Shown here: in pieces, positions 51,626 to 64,000 of the stretch | Position numbering within the stretch: position 1 is the first letter of the stretch | Layout: every line of letters starts with the position of its first letter | NCBI GenBank assembly: GCA_002104945.1 | Contig: MCFH01000008.1 | Span: forward strand, 992,001 to 1,056,000 | DNA length: 64,000 bases | Source of the DNA: Piromyces finnis finn | Lineage: Eukaryota; Fungi; Neocallimastigomycota | Direction of reading: 5' to 3' | Notes under the pieces: model-generated | The model's database searches: none | Seen by the model: only the letters and a program-made list of their open reading frames with translations | Told to the model about the DNA's origin: nothing | Made by a program: the position numbers and the translations under genes

Positions 51626-52457
51626 AATTATTTTTAAATATATTAAATTAAGAATATTAGAGTGTGTTATTATAATTTGTATTAAGCTTTATATTTAATA
51701 ATGTTAATTGAATATTTTTAAAATTTTTGATTTAAAATTTATATATTTGATACATCAACAATAATAATTAATATCAAAATATAAAAATGATAAACTATAA
51801 AAAAAAAAAAAATAGATAATATAGAATTTAAAATAATTATTAAATAATAAATATTTAAAAGTAATAAATCTTTAAGTGACTATTCTAAATTCAATGATCA
51901 TGTTGTTTACTATTATTATTAATATTAGTAGAGTTATTTATTTTCTTTTCATATTGTATTATTATATCTTTTTTTTTTTAGAAAAAAAAGTTGCTTCTTT
52001 CTATAATAATATAATAATTTATAATATATATAATTAAATAATAACAAATAAATTATTACAATGAAGAAGAAGAAGAAAATAAAAAAATATATCATAACAC
52101 AATTAAATATATATAAAAAAAAAAAAAAGAATTATTTATTGTTGTTTCACAAAATTAAAATCAAAATTTTAAGATTTGAAAGGCATATCATTAAAATTTT
52201 TATAAATGATTATTATTAAATATTATTATAAATATTATTATTAAATATTGTAATATAGTTATTATTTATATTTTTCCATCATGAACTACAATGTTGTAAT
52301 TGTAAGCGTTAACTTTAACTATATTTATTATTAATATAAATAAAAAAAAAAATTGTGGTGACTATTTAAATAAAGAAAAAGATTTCTTATCAACTCAATT
52401 CATTATATTATGGAATTAAATTATTATATATATATTAATTAATTAATTAATAAATTC

Positions 52458-52492
<35 letters not shown>

Positions 52493-53211
52493 ATAAATAA
52501 TATTTATTAAAATTGTATTTAAATAATTGATTTTATATATAATAAATTTTTTCTTTAAAAAGGAAAACAAAAACATACTTATCATCTTGTTAGAATTATA
52601 AACACATTATAAAGGAAACGAATAATTTCATAATTTTATTTATTAATATTAATAATTCAATAAATAAAATAAAAACAACAATAATAATAATTAAAAAAAA
52701 TAAAAAGCAAGAAAATTAAAAACAAAGAAAAAAAAAAATAAAAATATTAAAATTTAATATTTAAAGTAAACCATATAATTCAAAACACTAATTATAATTA
52801 TGCATTTAGATTTATAATATTTTATACGCAATTTCAATAATTAAATATATTTATTTGTAATTATCAAATATTTAAATATTTCTTTAAAAAAAAAAAAAAA
52901 ACAGCATCCACAACACATGTTCATTAACCTTTTCATTAGTTATATATAAATAAATTCAAAAATTCAAAAATTCAAAAAAAAAAAAAAAAAAGAGAAATAA
53001 TTATTCAATAAAAAAAATAGAAAAGTCATTTTAATATTTATAATATTTGATATTAATTGTATTTATCTTATACAATATTAATACCTTGTATAATTTTATC
53101 AAAATCAAAACATTGGTATATTTTTGTAAAAAAAATTTTTTTAAAGCATAAATCAAAACAATAATATAAATAGTTTAATAAATAACAATACAAATATAAA
53201 GAGATATAAAA

Positions 53212-55354
53212 ATGGAGAAAATGGGAAAATTGTTTAAGCAAATTATTAATAAAAATAATTTGGGTAAAAAAATAAATGAAGTTATGGATAAAGATTATCT
53301 TTATTCAATTGAAAAAACTATTGAAAATTTAACAGGTATAATCATAAATAACATATAATAAAAGTAAATTTAATGAAAAACAGTTATATGGATTAGTAAC
53401 ATTTTTCTTATTTTATTTGATAAAATTCATACATAAAGAAAATATAGAAAAAAAGAAAAAAATGTATAGAACAGAACGCTCGAAATTAAACATTTACAAA
53501 CATCCATTTTTGATTTCAAAGTATTTTTGTCTTTATATAATTGATGCAATTAAGCAAATTGGAAGTTTTATAATAAAGAATATAGTCTCTATATTATTTA
53601 TTGCAGCCTTTGTAGCGAGTTGTTTATATTTTATTGAAACAAATGCAGACCAAGAAGTAAACAACAATATTAAATAATACTTATTAAAATATATTTTCAT
53701 TTACTTATATATATTAATTATTGATAAAATTATAAACAGAAACTATATGAAATTAGAAATACTATAATATGGTACGGATATTGGATAGCATTAGGAATTT
53801 TGTCCTCTATAGGACTCGGAACAGGTTTACATACCTTTTTTCTTTTCTTAAGTCCCCATATTATTGAGGTTACTGCAGCCGCTTATGCTTGTGGTAATTT
53901 AAACTTCAAGGTATTTGGTGAAGGAAGTTTTATATGTCATGGTGATCCTGTTCCATCTTCTGTATCTATATTAACTATTTTTTCAAAAGTAAAAATGCAA
54001 CAATTTTTTTGGGGCTTAGGTACAGCAATTGGTGAATTACCACCATATTTTGTTTCAAGAGCAGGTAATTATTAATTTTAAGACAATAAATTCATGACTT
54101 TTATAAAGTTTAACAATTCAATAATTGATAAATCATTTATATAATTCAACCGAAAAATTAGCTGCATTAACTGGACAAAAAAATCAAAACATATCAAAAT
54201 ATGAAGATAATAGTGAAAATAAGAGTTTTACTGATAGAATACAAACTTATTTATATAAATTTTTGAAAAAAATGGGATTTTTTGGTATCTTATTTTGCGC
54301 TTCGGTAAGTTACCTAATTAATTATTTTTTTAATAATATTTTACTAATCATAACTATTAAAAAATATTTCTATAAATAAAAAAGTTTCCAAATCCATTAT
54401 TTGACGTTGCCGGGATATTATGTGGACACTTTTTAATTCCATTCAAAACCTTCTTTGGAGCAACAATGATAGGAAAAGCTTTTATTAAAAATTCCATTCA
54501 AGTTAATATCACTTAATGATTTTGTGCAAAAATATCATATTTTATTAAAAAAAATTAAATATTAAATTCTTTCTTTATTATTATATTATATCATAGAGTA
54601 TTATTATAATTATAACCTTTTCAAAAAGTACAATAAATTATTTGTTATCTTTAATATCTGGATATCCAACTCTTCATAATTTTGTTAAGAATGCTTTTGA
54701 AAAGCAAACTAAAAAATTTAATGAATTTTCTACTGATGATGTAGAGGTTTGTTTATTTATTCTTAAAATATATATATAACTTTAAAAAAAAATTAAAAAT
54801 AATATATAAAAATATTATTAAATATGTAATTATTAATCAAATCTCTCTATTAATACTATAAAACAGGAAAATAACTCAAGTCTTGTAGGTTCAATATGGA
54901 ATTTTCTTATTACCATTATGATAATATACTTTATATTTTCTATAATAGAATCCTTAGCTATATCTGAATTTAATAAAGTTAAAGAAAAAGAACTTGTTAA
55001 TATTGTTAATGAATCAAAAAAGAATTTAAAGATTAGAGGACCTGACAAAAAAGTTATTACAGAGTTGACAAATGCTGTATATAAATATATTAATTCAAGT
55101 TTAAATAATTTTGATAAAACAGCTAGTAGAGAAAACTTAAAAAGTGAAATTAATATAAAAAATGTAATAAAATCTGAAGAACAAAATAAGGTGAAAAATA
55201 TAAAGAAAGGTAAGTTTAAATATAGAAAAAAAAATAAAATAAAAAAACTAAATAATTATAAAATTAAAAATATAAATAAAACTAATTGTTAATAAATTAT
55301 TGTAATAATTAAATTAAAATAAATCCTTTAGGTGCTATTAAAAAAAAGAGTTAA
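53212..55354 (+). CDS. VMP1: Vacuole membrane protein 1 (VMP1/TMEM49), DedA/VTT-family
   Basis: [87 protein letters not shown]. Confidence 0.95.
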
Positions 55355-57016
55355 ATATTTCAAATTTATTTGTTTACAATAAAGGCGAAAATATTATAAG
55401 GCAATAATAATAAATAATATAAAATTAAAATTCAATAAATAATTCAATAATAAAAATTAGCCAAATTAATTTTAATTTAAAAAAATTTTAAATTTTTATA
55501 TTTTTTAATTGTATAAAATTAATAAATCTATCGCATTTTATTATTAATATTATTATTTAATTTTTTTCTAAATAATAATATAAATTAACAGTTATATTAT
55601 TATTACATTTTTACAATGATAATGATAATATGATAATATAATTATTTAAAAATTATAATAAAAATATAAAACTATAATATTATGTTATAAAGTGTTTGAA
55701 ACCTTTAAATTTTTAATTGAAAAGTTTTTGAAAATACATAATTTAAATATTTATTTATGGATATGTACATTTGGAATGTATATGTATATATCTGTGTAAT
55801 TATGATCGTATTATTATAATAAATAATGACATTAAACATTTATAATTATATTATAATAATCTTCCATATTGAATCAAATATTTTTTTTGGATAAAATACT
55901 CATTATCTATAATTAGTAAAAACTTTATATATATAAAAGATTTTAAAAATAAAAAAAAATTGTTATTAAAATATTGAAAAGTATCCATAAACCTAAAAAA
56001 TTTTATTCAAATGTATATAAGAAAATAAAAATGTTATTTAAAGAATGAAATTAAAAAATAATAAAATTCTTATTAAATACAGAGATAAATGCTATGATTA
56101 TTTTGGTTGACTTAAAATTAAAATATATTATTATCAATAAAAAACAAAAATTAATAATACTGAAAATAAAACAAAGTTCAATAATTAATTATATTAGACT
56201 ACAATTGACTTTATTCCTATTCAAATATATGAATATACAGTCAATTTCATCAATATAACAATTCTTTCATTTTTCCTTGATTTTGTGATGTTTACAATTA
56301 ATATATTTAAAATTTTTTCATACTCATACTAAAATTATAATTAATAATGTTACAATGAATTAGAGAGTAATTTCTTATGAGAGGGTTCAAATAAATTTAA
56401 ACTTAAATCCATTTATATTTAGATTTTTTTTAATAATAATAAATATTTTATTTATTAGTATTTTTGAAAATATCGTTAAATTTAAATATTTTTAAAATTA
56501 TTCATATGTAATTTTAAAAACTAGTAATATAAAAAATAAGTATGATTAAATTATATAATTAGTATCAATTATCATAATCTTCATTTATATTTATTTAAAT
56601 TAATACTATCAAAATTATAATAAAATATTTTAATAGTTTTATAAAAGAAATATAAAAAAAATATGTTATATTTTTATATATTGAAAAATATTTCATTGTA
56701 TATTATTTAAAATAGTATTATAAAAAATATCTTGAATTATATATAATGCTATTTATGCAAAAAAGTTGGACTTGATATATATTTTATATACAATTTTGAA
56801 ATATATCTAAAGATATTATTTTATATTTCAATATATCGAACTGAAAATAAAAAAAAAAAAATCTTAATAAAAAATAGAAAAAAATTAAAAAATATAAAGA
56901 GGAAAAAAATATTTCTATTACTTCACATTAAATATATTTTTGGATTAAAAAAGAAGTTTGCTTTAAAAACTCTATCAATAGAAATTCAAAAATTTCAATA
57001 ATTAGAAAAATTAGAA

Positions 57017-62308
<5,292 letters not shown>

Positions 62309-63179
62309 TAACAAAAATTATAATTAAAATTTTTTTTGATTTTTTCTAAAGCATTATTATATATCATTTTTTTATTTAATTTTTATTTAAAAGTCATTCT
62401 AAAATTAAATAGTAATGTAAGAATAATATGATAATTAATCATTGATATTATAGTAAAGTTTTTTTTTTATGAAAGGAATCTATAATACTTTTATAATAAA
62501 ATAATTATGACATTTTAATAAAATATTTTTATAATTATTAAAGTTTAAAATATCTTTTATTTTATTTTATATTTGTTAGTAATCATTTTTATATATTAAA
62601 ATCTTTTTTTAATACATGGTTATATATACTCAAACCTTTTTTTTTAAACATCAAAATTATACAACTATATCAATATAAAAAATAAAAAACTATTTAAAAA
62701 TTTATATTTTTAAAAAATTATTGATTTAAAATTTTAACTTCTAATAATGATTTTTATATAATAATTCTTTAGAAAGTTAAAATAAAAATAAAAAATGAAA
62801 TTATTCATATTCCTCTTTATTATTATTTTATAATGAGTATTTTATTACTATTTTATTTAATCTTAACAATAGGCTTTAAGATTATCCAGTATTATTTTTA
62901 TTTTTAATAAATTATAGTATTATAACATACTTTACATAACATTTTTTATCACACAAATAATCTAACCCTCTAATATAAAATAATAAAATGATGGCTAAGT
63001 AGATACTTTTAAAAGCTATTTTACAATAATTAATATTATAAAGAGAAATAAAAAATAAAAAATAAAAAAAATAAAAAAATTAAGCTCATTCAACTAAGTA
63101 TAATAAATTAAGAATTAAGAAAACTTAGTAAAAAATTAACCATATAATATTAAACGAGAATAATAATGCTTTGTAATCA

Positions 63180-63797
63180 CTGATAAAAACAGGAAAATTA
63201 ATAAATGTAACAGAAAAATAATATAGCAGAAAAGAGTTATGAAATTCTAGTTAATTGGATTTACTTTTAAATATTTATTTAAGTTAACAATTAAAGGGAA
63301 AGATTCTAGTAACAATATAGAAAGCCATTTTGTAAGTATTAATTTATTTCTTTATCTATTAGAAGAATACAGCCTACAAAATGAATACTCAAGTAATATA
63401 TTTGAAGAATAAAAGTTTGATTCAAATTCAGACTATGATATTACTAAACATTCCAATTTAAATAAATTAGATATAAATGAAAACCAATTAACTGAAATAT
63501 TTAAAAAAATCCAAAAATTTAGAAAAGTTATACATATTTAATTCAAAATACATTACTAAAAGAATTAGGAAATTTAACTAATTTAACTAATTCGACTTTT
63601 TGCTTTAATAATTAAGAAAAATTACCAAAAGAAATAGGAAAATTAGTCAATTTATCTGAACTAGATATATCTTATAAGTTAAAAGAATTACCAATAGAAG
63701 TAGGAAATTTATTCAACTTAATTAAATTAAATACTTTAATAATAATTTAAAATTTTTATTAAAAAATGTTAGAAAATTAGTCAATTTAGCAGATTAA
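63180..63797 (+). pseudogene. Decayed leucine-rich-repeat gene fragment
   Basis: LRR units in shifting frames: SNLNKLDINENQLTEI, NLEKLYI, LLKELGNLTNL, LPKEIGKLVNLSELDISY, LKELPIEVGNLFNLIKLN. Interrupted by frameshifts and in-frame stops. The 5' limit is uncertain. Confidence 0.75.
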
Positions 63798-63925
63798 TTA
63801 AACAAGTGTTCATTATTAGATTGTAAAGGATTACTTGTTCTAGTTGTTGTTTTAATTTGAATAGCAGTTCCAGCTGTTCTTTCTCTTGAAGTTGTAGTTG
63901 TTGTACCAGGGATGTATTGAGAAAA
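63794..63925 (-). CDS. Terminal exon of a gene entering from beyond the window end; Thr-rich tail
   Basis: Minus-strand AAAAG acceptor, then FSQYIPGTTTTTSRERTAGTAIQIKTTTRTSNPLQSNNEHLFN*; locally raised GC with coding-like codons. Confidence 0.6.
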   Translation of the reverse strand, partial: FSQYIPGTTTTTSRERTAGTAIQIKTTTRTSNPLQSNNEHLFN

Positions 63926-64000
63926 CTTTTTATTATTTTATTATTATTTTTTTTAATTATATTGTAAAGATTTTTATTTTTTTTGTTTGAATTATTTATT

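Overview
Extremely AT-rich, intron-dense eukaryotic DNA. It is most consistent with an anaerobic gut fungus (Neocallimastigomycota); this is an inference from base composition, short GT-AG introns, a flagellar gene (CFAP57) and genes lost from yeasts (VMP1, DCTN6). By hand-splicing I recover 16 protein genes, the last exon of a 17th, and one decayed LRR pseudogene. In order: WDR81-like BEACH/WD40 (5' end outside the window), DCTN6, kanadaptin-like FHA protein, Spc24-like, type III glutamine synthetase, PIG-U, a UIM+TPR protein, an intronless 991-aa bacterial-type protein with a TerD-like C-terminus, Nup37, CFAP57, a ~1,650-aa N/Q-rich protein, SPT2, Vps34, a histidine acid phosphatase, VMP1, and a RasGEF with about five tandem ubiquitin-like domains. 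Two things stand out: (1) the intronless Ter-associated gene, a probable bacterial transfer remodelled with long insertions; (2) ultra-short micro-exons (2, 5, 12 and 13 nt) that restore reading frame and conserved motifs. No rRNA, tRNA, CRISPR array or intact transposon was seen. All family assignments are from motif recognition by eye, and most exon boundaries are unverified predictions.
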